Virus record (IMG/VR): IMGVR_UViG_3300027833_002080
Span: 1,082-65,081 of that record
DNA: 64,000 bases
Source of the DNA: a virus
Lineage: Duplodnaviria; Caudoviricetes
Direction: 5' to 3' (one strand)
In this document: piece after piece, positions 8,566 to 16,073 of the stretch
How positions within the stretch are numbered: position 1 is the stretch's first letter
Layout of the letters: each line of letters opens with the position of its first letter
Program-made: the position numbers and the translations under genes
The notes under the pieces: model-generated
The model's database searches: none
Told to the model about the DNA's origin: nothing
Seen by the model: only the letters and a program-made list of their open reading frames with translations

Positions 8566-8706
8566 GACAAGGAATTTCGCTATCCTAAGAGTTTTATAGG
8601 AACGGTTGGCTAGGGCAGGTGTCATTTGATACTGTGTTTTACCATTGCACCATTACAACCAGGTACGGAAAATACTAAAGACCTCGCTATCAACGGGGTC
8701 TTTTTT
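8566..8706 (+). ncRNA. Candidate structured RNA / attenuator leader (about 140 nt)
   Basis: Lies between a promoter and an intrinsic terminator; stems TCCTA/TAGGA, GGTTG/CAACC, GTGTCA/TGATAC. Confidence 0.5.
8677..8706 (+). terminator. Intrinsic terminator
   Basis: AAAGACCTCG-ctatcaa-CGGGGTC-TTTTTT. Confidence 0.8.
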
Positions 8707-8727
8707 AACCCCTAAATAAAAAAAATT

Positions 8728-8877
8728 ATGGCATGTAAGTGTGGAAAAAATGAAGAATGTAAATGTCAACAAAAAGACAATAATGCTTTTGATGACTATA
8801 TGAAAGATTTAACAGAAAAAGATCAACCAACTTGTTCTATAGAGGATCAAGAAAATTGTGAAAACTGCGGAAGTTAA
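8728..8877 (+). CDS. Cys-rich mini-protein (49 aa) ending in an RNR-alpha-tail-like motif
   Basis: Manual translation MACKCGKNEECKCQQKDNNAFDDYMKDLTEKDQPTCSIEDQENCENCGS; A-rich Bacteroidota-style leader. Confidence 0.75.
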   Translation: MACKCGKNEECKCQQKDNNAFDDYMKDLTEKDQPTCSIEDQENCENCGS

Positions 8878-8888
8878 TATTAATTGAT

Positions 8889-8896
8889 TATATTTG
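8889..8896 (+). promoter_or_regulatory. Bacteroidota-type -7 element TATATTTG
   Basis: TAnnTTTG match immediately before a long non-coding segment. Confidence 0.65.
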
Positions 8897-8897
8897 C

Positions 8898-9158
8898 ACA
8901 GAAGCACTTTATAAGTATCACCCCTGGGTAGCCAAAAAAGGGGTCAGACGTTGGATTGTAGTTCCTAAATAAGGAATAGAGTTTTCTCCAACAGCTTCGA
9001 AAGAGTAACGTATAGGCTTTAGTTAGGATAAATTGCACACAGGTAAGTGCGGTGAATTAACACCAGTATTATTATCCTTGGGTCCCCAATGGGAGCACTG
9101 CTAACAGCTGAAATCACACTTGAAATCCAAAATCCAAGGGGGATAACTCTGTCTTTTT
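8898..9158 (+). ncRNA. Candidate large structured ncRNA (about 260 nt)
   Basis: No ORF of 60 aa or more in the track; nested stems CCCCT/AGGGG, GTTGGA/TCCAAC, TTCCT/AGGAA, GGATAA/TTATCC, GCAC/GTGC, GGTG/CACC, CCTTGG/CCAAGG, ACAGA/TCTGT, then a T-run. Confidence 0.55.
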
Positions 9159-9177
9159 GGATCCTTTTTAAAAAACC

Positions 9178-9209
9178 TTTGTATTGTAGCAGAAACTTTT
9201 ATATATTTG
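9178..9209 (+). promoter_or_regulatory. Bacteroidota primary-sigma promoter TTTG-N20-TATATTTG
   Basis: TTTG at 9178-9181, 20-nt spacer, TATATTTG at 9202-9209; 21 nt before the groES ATG. Confidence 0.8.
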
Positions 9210-9230
9210 TGGAAACTAAAAATATATACG

Positions 9231-9497
9231 ATGAAATTTACACCAAACAGTAACTGGGTAGTTCTACCCGATCCAACTTCAAACGAAACTGAATCAGGAA
9301 TACTATTAGATGAGACTACAGTTAGATCTCGTGCTAAGAGTAATATTCTTAAAGTGCTAGCCGTAGGCGGTCAATGCCATTTTGTAAAGGTAGGAGATAC
9401 TGCTATAATAGATCCTAGAACAGAAGCTATTCAAATGCCTATTGAAGGTCAAAACTGCTTATTAATTAATGAGTATCAAATTATAGGTAAAGAATGA
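9231..9497 (+). CDS. groES: Co-chaperonin GroES (Cpn10)-like protein
   Basis: MKFTPNSNWVVL...ETESGILL mobile loop, VLAVG, VKVGD, LLINEYQIIG. ATG 9231 is preferred over TTG 9207. Confidence 0.88.
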   Translation: MKFTPNSNWVVLPDPTSNETESGILLDETTVRSRAKSNILKVLAVGGQCHFVKVGDTAIIDPRTEAIQMPIEGQNCLLINEYQIIGKE

Positions 9498-9682
9498 TAA
9501 CCAGTAGCGTAGAGGTAGATACTGTATACGAATGGTTAACTACTGTACTTAAATTTGAAGAAAAAATAACTGATCTTGATGCAGTAGGAATGGTTAAAGG
9601 ATGGAATACAGCATTAAGTATATCTCCTACTGGTTTTGTAGTTAGCATCGAAGTAGAAATGGACGAAGATTATGAGCAATAA
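9494..9682 (+). CDS. Hypothetical protein
   Basis: 62-aa ORF overlapping both neighbours. Confidence 0.7.
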   Translation: MITSSVEVDTVYEWLTTVLKFEEKITDLDAVGMVKGWNTALSISPTGFVVSIEVEMDEDYEQ

Positions 9683-10010
9683 GAAAAGAATAACTGTCAA
9701 AATAGATACAACTTATAAGTATGTAAGATTGTGGAACGGTCTTTTTAATTTAACACCTAAAGAGTTACGAATTCTATCCGAGTTTATAGATGCTAATAAA
9801 GAAGTTACTTTAGAAATGTCTAATGTGTGTCATGTAGCAATTAAAAAGCTTGTAGCAAAAAAATTAAATATTGTAGATTACAATACTTTAAATAACTACG
9901 TAAAGCGATTTAAAAAGAAAGGAGTCATTATTAAAAAAGGTAAAGACTATTCGTTTAATAAACTTCTTGATCCGGCTACGGCAAGTGTAGAAATATTTAT
10001 AACTAAATGA
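9672..10010 (+). CDS. Winged-HTH DNA-binding protein (RepL-like)
   Basis: LTPKELRIL...KKLVAKKLNIVDYNTLNNYVKRFKKKGVIIK wHTH pattern; usual crAss-like position upstream of terL. Confidence 0.65.
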   Translation: MSNKKRITVKIDTTYKYVRLWNGLFNLTPKELRILSEFIDANKEVTLEMSNVCHVAIKKLVAKKLNIVDYNTLNNYVKRFKKKGVIIKKGKDYSFNKLLDPATASVEIFITK

Positions 10011-10132
10011 ACGTAATAGGAGATGATCACTATATTTACACTACGCACATATCATACAATTATACACTTGTAATTGTGCAAAACTCAATAGGAGAAGTTA
10101 TAGAATTACAAATTGAAAAATATTATGAGTAA
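10007..10132 (+). CDS. Small hypothetical protein (41 aa)
   Basis: MNVIGDDHYIYTTHISYNYTLVIVQNSIGEVIELQIEKYYE fills the gap with overlaps at both ends. Confidence 0.5.
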   Translation: MNVIGDDHYIYTTHISYNYTLVIVQNSIGEVIELQIEKYYE

Positions 10133-10541
10133 AAATAAGAACAAAATAACTAAGCAAGCTCTTAACTTAAAAAAAGGAGCTCCAGTAAACAAAGCGTTAG
10201 AGCCAAAGATCTTACCAGATCGACAACCTGCGGCTCCATCAAAATCTGTTAAGCCTCCAAACGTATTTAAAATGATGAAGTCTTTTGGTAAAGATTTATC
10301 TAAATATGTTTTAGCGGGCGCTCCTAACTGTACGACTGAGGATTATAAAGATAGATTGTTAACTTGTGATGCGTGCCCTCATTTATTAAGACACATGATG
10401 AGATGCGGTAAGTGTGGATGCCTAGTAGAGCACAAAGCTAAATGGAAAACTACAACTTGCCCGGAAGGTAAATGGAAGAAGCAAGATTTATCCAACCTGC
10501 CCCAACCTAAGAAGCCTGATAATGAGCCAGATAAAAAATGA
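10125..10541 (+). CDS. Zn-binding protein (DUF6171-like)
   Basis: RLLTCDACPH...RCGKCGCLVEHKAKWKTTTCPEGKW pattern; ATG at 10125. Confidence 0.7.
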   Translation: MSKNKNKITKQALNLKKGAPVNKALEPKILPDRQPAAPSKSVKPPNVFKMMKSFGKDLSKYVLAGAPNCTTEDYKDRLLTCDACPHLLRHMMRCGKCGCLVEHKAKWKTTTCPEGKWKKQDLSNLPQPKKPDNEPDKK

Positions 10542-10743
10542 AATAATATATAAGCTAGCTACAAAATACAATCTGCCTATTAGTAAAGTTGAAGAGATAG
10601 TTAATTTTCAGTTTAAGTTTGTAAAAAATGTGATGGCCAAAGGATCTTTTGAGGCTGTGCGGTTACCGTACTTTGGTAAATTTTCAGCTAAAAAAGAAAG
10701 GATTAACCACATAAATAAACTAAGCAATGAAGCTAAAAGATGA
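10522..10743 (+). CDS. HU/IHF-like DNA-binding protein
   Basis: Two N-terminal helices, then AVRLPYFGKFSAK. Confidence 0.8.
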   Translation: MSQIKNEIIYKLATKYNLPISKVEEIVNFQFKFVKNVMAKGSFEAVRLPYFGKFSAKKERINHINKLSNEAKR

Positions 10744-11248
10744 TTTACTATATATTAAAGCTAACAAAGCTGTACCTAGCCCATATGCGTTACAAATAAA
10801 AGAATTCCAAAAATTAAACGCAGATGATCTTTCGTTTGTCTACTTTATGGTAGATCATAGATCTCCTTTTTCAGTTTATGAGTGGAGGCAACGAGAAATT
10901 GAAGTAAAAAACAGTATATTTGGAGAAGACAAGAAATGGTCTCCCTCAAATAGAGTGTTAGCTGCGTGCAAAAAGTATGCAGAACTTATAGAAACCTCTG
11001 CAGTTAAATTACTAAAAGCTGCTACTGAGTCTGTAACTAAACTAGAGAAATACTTTAGGACAATAGATTTAACAGAGTTAGATGACAGAGGTAAGCCAAT
11101 ATATACAGCCAAAGATCTAATAGGTAATTTAGAAAAGATGGGTAAAGTAGTAGACGGGTTATCTAGATTAGAAGAGATAGTTAAAAAAGAAGAGCAGACT
11201 AACAATCCAAATAGAGGTGGAGTAGAAGTTAATAAATACAGTATGTAA
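10727..11248 (+). CDS. Conserved crAss-like protein upstream of terminase (possible TerS)
   Basis: Helical 173-aa protein close upstream of terL; the TerS role is inferred from synteny. Confidence 0.5.
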   Translation: MKLKDDLLYIKANKAVPSPYALQIKEFQKLNADDLSFVYFMVDHRSPFSVYEWRQREIEVKNSIFGEDKKWSPSNRVLAACKKYAELIETSAVKLLKAATESVTKLEKYFRTIDLTELDDRGKPIYTAKDLIGNLEKMGKVVDGLSRLEEIVKKEEQTNNPNRGGVEVNKYSM

Positions 11249-11249
11249 T

Positions 11250-11519
11250 ATGGATTTTTTAGAAGAAATAGATGAATTTAACACGGCAATGGAAAATGCT
11301 TACGATTTTATTACAGGTAGGGTAACATTAGACACATTAGTAACAGATTTAAGTATAAACGGAGTACACACTTACGTACTACCGTTTGACCCAGAAAAAG
11401 AAACAGGAACAGATCCTGAAACATTAGATTTAGTTATAGAACATTTTGAAAGCACTGAAGAGTATGAAAAATGTCAAGTATTATTACAAATAAAGCAGAA
11501 AACCCATGGCAAAATATAA
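11250..11519 (+). CDS. Hypothetical protein with UVR-like C-terminal motif
   Basis: EHFESTEEYEKCQVLLQIK resembles the UvrB/UvrC coiled motif. Confidence 0.6.
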   Translation: MDFLEEIDEFNTAMENAYDFITGRVTLDTLVTDLSINGVHTYVLPFDPEKETGTDPETLDLVIEHFESTEEYEKCQVLLQIKQKTHGKI

Positions 11520-11700
11520 ATGTACTGCATGCAATAAAGAAGTGGATCTTTCTACGCAAACAATAGTTGTTAAAGACGGAAATATAGTTTGTAAAGAAGC
11601 TGTATGCTGTGATAAATACATGACGGCTGTCAAAGGAAAATTTGAAGGCTTTGGTGGTATAATTAAAAAAGGAAATGGCTCAGTAGGTGGTAAATTCTAA
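11506..11700 (+). CDS. Small zinc-ribbon protein
   Basis: YKCTAC...CCDKYM. Confidence 0.7.
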   Translation: MAKYKCTACNKEVDLSTQTIVVKDGNIVCKEAVCCDKYMTAVKGKFEGFGGIIKKGNGSVGGKF

Positions 11701-13678
11701 GTTTAAAAATATTAATCGGATCCGTCCTGCGGCAGTGCACTTCGAAACTTACTCGCACTATACTAATGCTCTACCAGGCACTAGAGAATATTACTCTTAC
11801 TGGGATGAAGAAAAAAATAGATGCTTGTATGGGTATACTGCTGATGAGGGCACCGAAGATGCCCTTTATATCACAGGTTTTCATTACTTCTATTTAAACT
11901 ATTGCCCAATTGATCGAGCAGTAGACGAAGTTATGCCAGACGGCTCTATACAATCTAAACGTGAAAGAACATTCCCATCATTCTATGACGGTGATCACGA
12001 TTACTTCACACAGATAGATAAAGCACGAGCTACAAACCGCCACATGGTAGTACTCAAGGCTCGTCGTAAAGGTTACTCATATAAAGCAGGTTCAATGCTT
12101 GCTCGTAACTACTTCTTTGTTAAAAACTCAAAGAACTTTGTATTTGCAGGGCAAAAAGAATACCTTATTGGTGATGGGCTCTTATCGAAAGCGTGGGAAT
12201 TCTTATCGTTTATCGATGACAATACTGCATGGGCTCAACCTCGTTTAAGAGATAGAGAAATGAGTAAGATGTCTGGGTATAAGAAAAAAGTAAATGGTAT
12301 TGAAATTGAATTAGGAATGAAATCCCAAATAATGGGGGTATCGTTAAAAGACAATCCAGATAAAGTGAGGGGAAAGGCGGGAGAACTTGTATTCTTTGAA
12401 GAAGCAGGATCTTTCCCTGGACTCCTTAAAGCTTGGGAGGTAACTATGCCTACAATGCGTCAAGGGGCTAAAACATTAGGTCTTATGATTGCCTTTGGTA
12501 CAGGTGGTACAGAAGGTGCAGACTTTGAGGCTATGGAAGAGATATTTTACAATCCAGCTGCATATGACTGCATGGATTATACGAATATCTGGGATGAAGG
12601 CTCTATGGGGACTAAGTGCGGATACTTTGTACCTATATATAAAAACTTAGATGGGTTTATAGATGACAATGGTAACTCTCTTAAGACTATAGCGGTCGAG
12701 CACGAAACAGAGATGCGTAACAAGAAAAAAGGCGCAGCTGATGCTAAATCATTAGATCAATACATTGCTGAGCACCCTTTTTCTCCGCAAGAAGCAACTC
12801 TGCAAGTTACTGCAAACTTATTTGATGTAGCTTCACTGCAAGAGCAATACAATTACGTAAAGTCTAGAAATTTAAGTTCTCTTGGGACTATAGGCTCTTT
12901 CTACCACACCGCGGAAGGGCAAGTCAAGTTTCGAATGAATGGAGATCTAAAACAAATTATGAGATACCCGCATAGACGGGAAGACGATAACACTGGAGGT
13001 GTTGTAATCTATGAGTCTCCGTATAAAAATGAGAAGCAACAAGTACCCATGAACTTGTATGTTATTTGTCATGATCCATACGGGCAAAATCAATCTGCAG
13101 ATAGTACGTCACTAGGGGCGGCATATGTTATTAAGCGTCCAAACAATGTTTCTAGCCCAGATGATATTATTGTTGCTAGCTACATAGGAAGGCCTAATAC
13201 ATCAGACGAATATAACAGGAACCTATTTATGTTAGCTGAGTATTACGGCTGTAAGATAGGTTTTGAGAATGATCGTGGAGAGATAATTGCATACGCTAAA
13301 CGATACCGCAAGCTCCACAAATTGCAAGTAGAGTTTGAGATGCTAGATAAAAAAAGCTTGCAGTCTAAAACAGTTAGACGTCAGTACGGTATGCACATGA
13401 CTGAGCAAAGAAAAAAACAAGGGGAAATCTACATACGAGATTGGCTAATTACCCCAAGGTCTAAAGACGTAGACGGGAACACGACTTTAAACTTAAATAA
13501 GATATACGATCTTGCTTTGCTGCAAGAATTAATAAAATTTAACCACAAAGGAAATTTTGACCGAGTAATGGCTCTAATGATCGGTATGTACCATACCAGA
13601 GAACTTTATAATACTGAAGTTAAAGAAGTATTAGAAGACCGATCACATGATTCTTGGTTTGATGCTAACTATCATTAG
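11687..13678 (+). CDS. terL: Terminase large subunit
   Basis: Walker A LKARRKGYSY, Walker B VFFEEAG, FGTGG coupling motif, nuclease HDPY and NFDRVMA. Confidence 0.95.
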   Translation: MVNSKFKNINRIRPAAVHFETYSHYTNALPGTREYYSYWDEEKNRCLYGYTADEGTEDALYITGFHYFYLNYCPIDRAVDEVMPDGSIQSKRERTFPSFYDGDHDYFTQIDKARATNRHMVVLKARRKGYSYKAGSMLARNYFFVKNSKNFVFAGQKEYLIGDGLLSKAWEFLSFIDDNTAWAQPRLRDREMSKMSGYKKKVNGIEIELGMKSQIMGVSLKDNPDKVRGKAGELVFFEEAGSFPGLLKAWEVTMPTMRQGAKTLGLMIAFGTGGTEGADFEAMEEIFYNPAAYDCMDYTNIWDEGSMGTKCGYFVPIYKNLDGFIDDNGNSLKTIAVEHETEMRNKKKGAADAKSLDQYIAEHPFSPQEATLQVTANLFDVASLQEQYNYVKSRNLSSLGTIGSFYHTAEGQVKFRMNGDLKQIMRYPHRREDDNTGGVVIYESPYKNEKQQVPMNLYVICHDPYGQNQSADSTSLGAAYVIKRPNNVSSPDDIIVASYIGRPNTSDEYNRNLFMLAEYYGCKIGFENDRGEIIAYAKRYRKLHKLQVEFEMLDKKSLQSKTVRRQYGMHMTEQRKKQGEIYIRDWLITPRSKDVDGNTTLNLNKIYDLALLQELIKFNHKGNFDRVMALMIGMYHTRELYNTEVKEVLEDRSHDSWFDANYH

Positions 13679-13682
13679 TGGC

Positions 13683-13748
13683 ATATTTATAATTATAAAG
13701 AAAATTTTTATATTGGTTTTAAAGTCCCACTAAATTTTTGTAAATTTG
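13683..13748 (+). promoter_or_regulatory. Candidate late promoter ATATTTATAAT-N47-TAAATTTG
   Basis: Intergenic between terL and portal; same layout recurs at 22279-22344. Confidence 0.5.
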
Positions 13749-13755
13749 TTCAATT

Positions 13756-16062
13756 ATGAGCTACGATAATCTACCAAGACAAAAACTTCCTCTATCGAAG
13801 AAGACAAAAAAATGGAGAGAAGAGTGTGTAGATGGGTATATTGATTTATCTTCTAACACAGCTTCCCTTTCTTCACGAAGAGATGAATTAACTAAATTCT
13901 ACGATTTCTATAACGGAGTTATTGATGATAGTGATTACAATCAATTACTCAAGCCTTACGGTAAAACTCGTAAGAACTTTCCTTCGCAGCTAAGAAATTT
14001 TCCTATAATTAAGCCGGTAATAGATTTATTACTAGGCGAGAAAGCTAAACGACCTTTAAATTTTACAGTTAGCGTTCTTAATGGTAACGCAGTTACTAGA
14101 AAAGAAGAAGCAAAGAACGAAGCGATCTATAGAAACCTTCAACAGCATTTTGCTAATAAAGCAGCTGAAGCAGGTATAGATACAGGGATGGATGCTACCG
14201 AGGTAGAGATGCCTGAACAAATAGAAAAGTTATTTAATAATTCTTACGTAGATAACCGCGCAATCATGGGGCAAGCGTCCTTAAATTACGTAATGGCTAC
14301 TCAAGAAGTAAAAGATAAATTAAATAAAGCTTGGTTTCACTACTTAGTTTCAGGAGAAGTATACACGCACAGAGGTGTGCGTAACGGAGACCCTTTCTAT
14401 GATATTTTAAATCCAGTAGATGTAGACTATGATCTAGATCCAGATTTAGAGTTTGTCGAAGATGGAGATTGGGCTTTAGTTAGAAAGTTTGTGCATGCTT
14501 CTACAATCATTGATCATTTTTACGAAGAATTAACTCCAGAAGAAGTTGAGAGCTTAGAAGAGCCTCACGGAATGGGAAACTCACATATACCTTGGTTATC
14601 TGTAGGTTCTACAGGCCCAAATGCAAATCAATTTAACAATAGGTTAATTGAGGTAATTTCTGTTTACTGGAAATCTCGAAAACGTATTGGATTTGTAACA
14701 TTTATGGATCCTGATACAGGACAACCAGAAGAAATAGAAGTAGAAGACGGGTTTAAAATGCCTCCAGAGCTTAAAGAGCAAGGCGGTAAGCTAGAATGGT
14801 TATGGGTTAACGAAGTTTGGGGTGGTCATAAAATTGACGGTAGAATCTATGTAGATGTAAACCCTTTACCAAACCAAAGAGCATCCTTAGATAATCCAGC
14901 AATTTGTAAGCTCCCAATTAATGGTAGACGCTATTCAAATATTAATGCTGAAAATATATCACTAGTTTCTATTGGTATACCTTATCAATTAACATATAAC
15001 GTATACAAATATCGTCTTGAACTCGCTATCGCTCGTTCAAAGGATATTATTGCACAATTTGATATTAATATGATCCCAAAGAAGTGGGATATGGATAAGT
15101 TTATGTACTATGTAGAAGGTACAGGTATTGCGTGGGTAGATTACAACAAAGAAGGTGTAACATTATCTCCACAGCATCAATCTGTCTTGGATATGTCGAT
15201 TAAGACTATTGAGCAGTACATAGTACTTTTAAATTCGATCATGGAAGAGTGGGAGAAGCTCTCTGGTGTCAATAAACAGCGTCAAGGGCAGATAGGTACC
15301 TACGAAGGAAAATCGACTTCTCAGCAAGCTATAATTCAGTCTTCACATATAACTGAAGATTTATTTAGAAAGTTTGGAAGATTAGAGCAAAGAGATTTAC
15401 AAGGTTTGCTAGATTATTCTAAAGAAGCTTGGGTAGATGGTAAGAAATCATCTTTTATGATGCCAGATGGTACATTAGAATTTTTAGATGTTGAATCTAT
15501 GTCTCATATGGAATCTAATTATGGTATTTGGGTTACTGACTCTGGAGAAGAAACAGAAAAACTAGAGATAGCTAAACAAATGAGTCAATCAATGATTCAA
15601 AATGGTTTACCAGCGTCAGCAGTTGTTGAAATGCTAGATTCTAAAAACTTTGCGTCTATTAAATCTAATCTTAAAAAGGCAGAGCAACGCATGGAAGAGT
15701 TAGCTGAGAAACAGCAACAAGCAGAGCAGCAGCAACAACAAGCTCAACTAGAAATGGAGCAAGCTAAGTTGGATAACGAAAACATGAACAAAGAAAAAGA
15801 TCGTGAAACTCAAATTGCCGTAGCAGAAATACACGCCGGACTCACTTCTGGTAAAAATGAAAATGACGCTATTGCTAAAGATCGCGAACTAGATATAAAA
15901 GAAAAAGAAGTTGGAATAAAAGAGCAAGATGTTGATGAAAAAGCTAGAGCGAGCCAATCAAAAGAGTCAAATGATCGCGCTAAAATTACGGAAGATTCTA
16001 AGAACGAAGATAAAAAGTTGGCAGCGGCAAAAGCAAAAGAGGCTAAAAAAACTAAAGAATAA
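13756..16062 (+). CDS. Portal protein
   Basis: Follows terL; NFPIIKPVIDLLLGE, SGVNKQRQGQI and a C-terminal Q/E/K coiled-coil barrel. Confidence 0.92.
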   Translation: MSYDNLPRQKLPLSKKTKKWREECVDGYIDLSSNTASLSSRRDELTKFYDFYNGVIDDSDYNQLLKPYGKTRKNFPSQLRNFPIIKPVIDLLLGEKAKRPLNFTVSVLNGNAVTRKEEAKNEAIYRNLQQHFANKAAEAGIDTGMDATEVEMPEQIEKLFNNSYVDNRAIMGQASLNYVMATQEVKDKLNKAWFHYLVSGEVYTHRGVRNGDPFYDILNPVDVDYDLDPDLEFVEDGDWALVRKFVHASTIIDHFYEELTPEEVESLEEPHGMGNSHIPWLSVGSTGPNANQFNNRLIEVISVYWKSRKRIGFVTFMDPDTGQPEEIEVEDGFKMPPELKEQGGKLEWLWVNEVWGGHKIDGRIYVDVNPLPNQRASLDNPAICKLPINGRRYSNINAENISLVSIGIPYQLTYNVYKYRLELAIARSKDIIAQFDINMIPKKWDMDKFMYYVEGTGIAWVDYNKEGVTLSPQHQSVLDMSIKTIEQYIVLLNSIMEEWEKLSGVNKQRQGQIGTYEGKSTSQQAIIQSSHITEDLFRKFGRLEQRDLQGLLDYSKEAWVDGKKSSFMMPDGTLEFLDVESMSHMESNYGIWVTDSGEETEKLEIAKQMSQSMIQNGLPASAVVEMLDSKNFASIKSNLKKAEQRMEELAEKQQQAEQQQQQAQLEMEQAKLDNENMNKEKDRETQIAVAEIHAGLTSGKNENDAIAKDRELDIKEKEVGIKEQDVDEKARASQSKESNDRAKITEDSKNEDKKLAAAKAKEAKKTKE

Positions 16063-16073
16063 AAATAGCTTAC

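Noticed and set aside
8341-8625. ORFs 8341-8625 (-) and 8417-8599 (+)
   Set aside because: They span the palindromic junction and a promoter, have unprotein-like composition and overlap better-supported features.
8898-9158. tmRNA or RNase P RNA identity for the structured segment
   Set aside because: No tRNA-like ends with T-loop and CCA, and no GAGGAAAGUCC-type core recognised.
3099-13678. Introns or inteins in polA and terL
   Set aside because: Both are contiguous and of normal length, with no homing-endonuclease or intein motifs.
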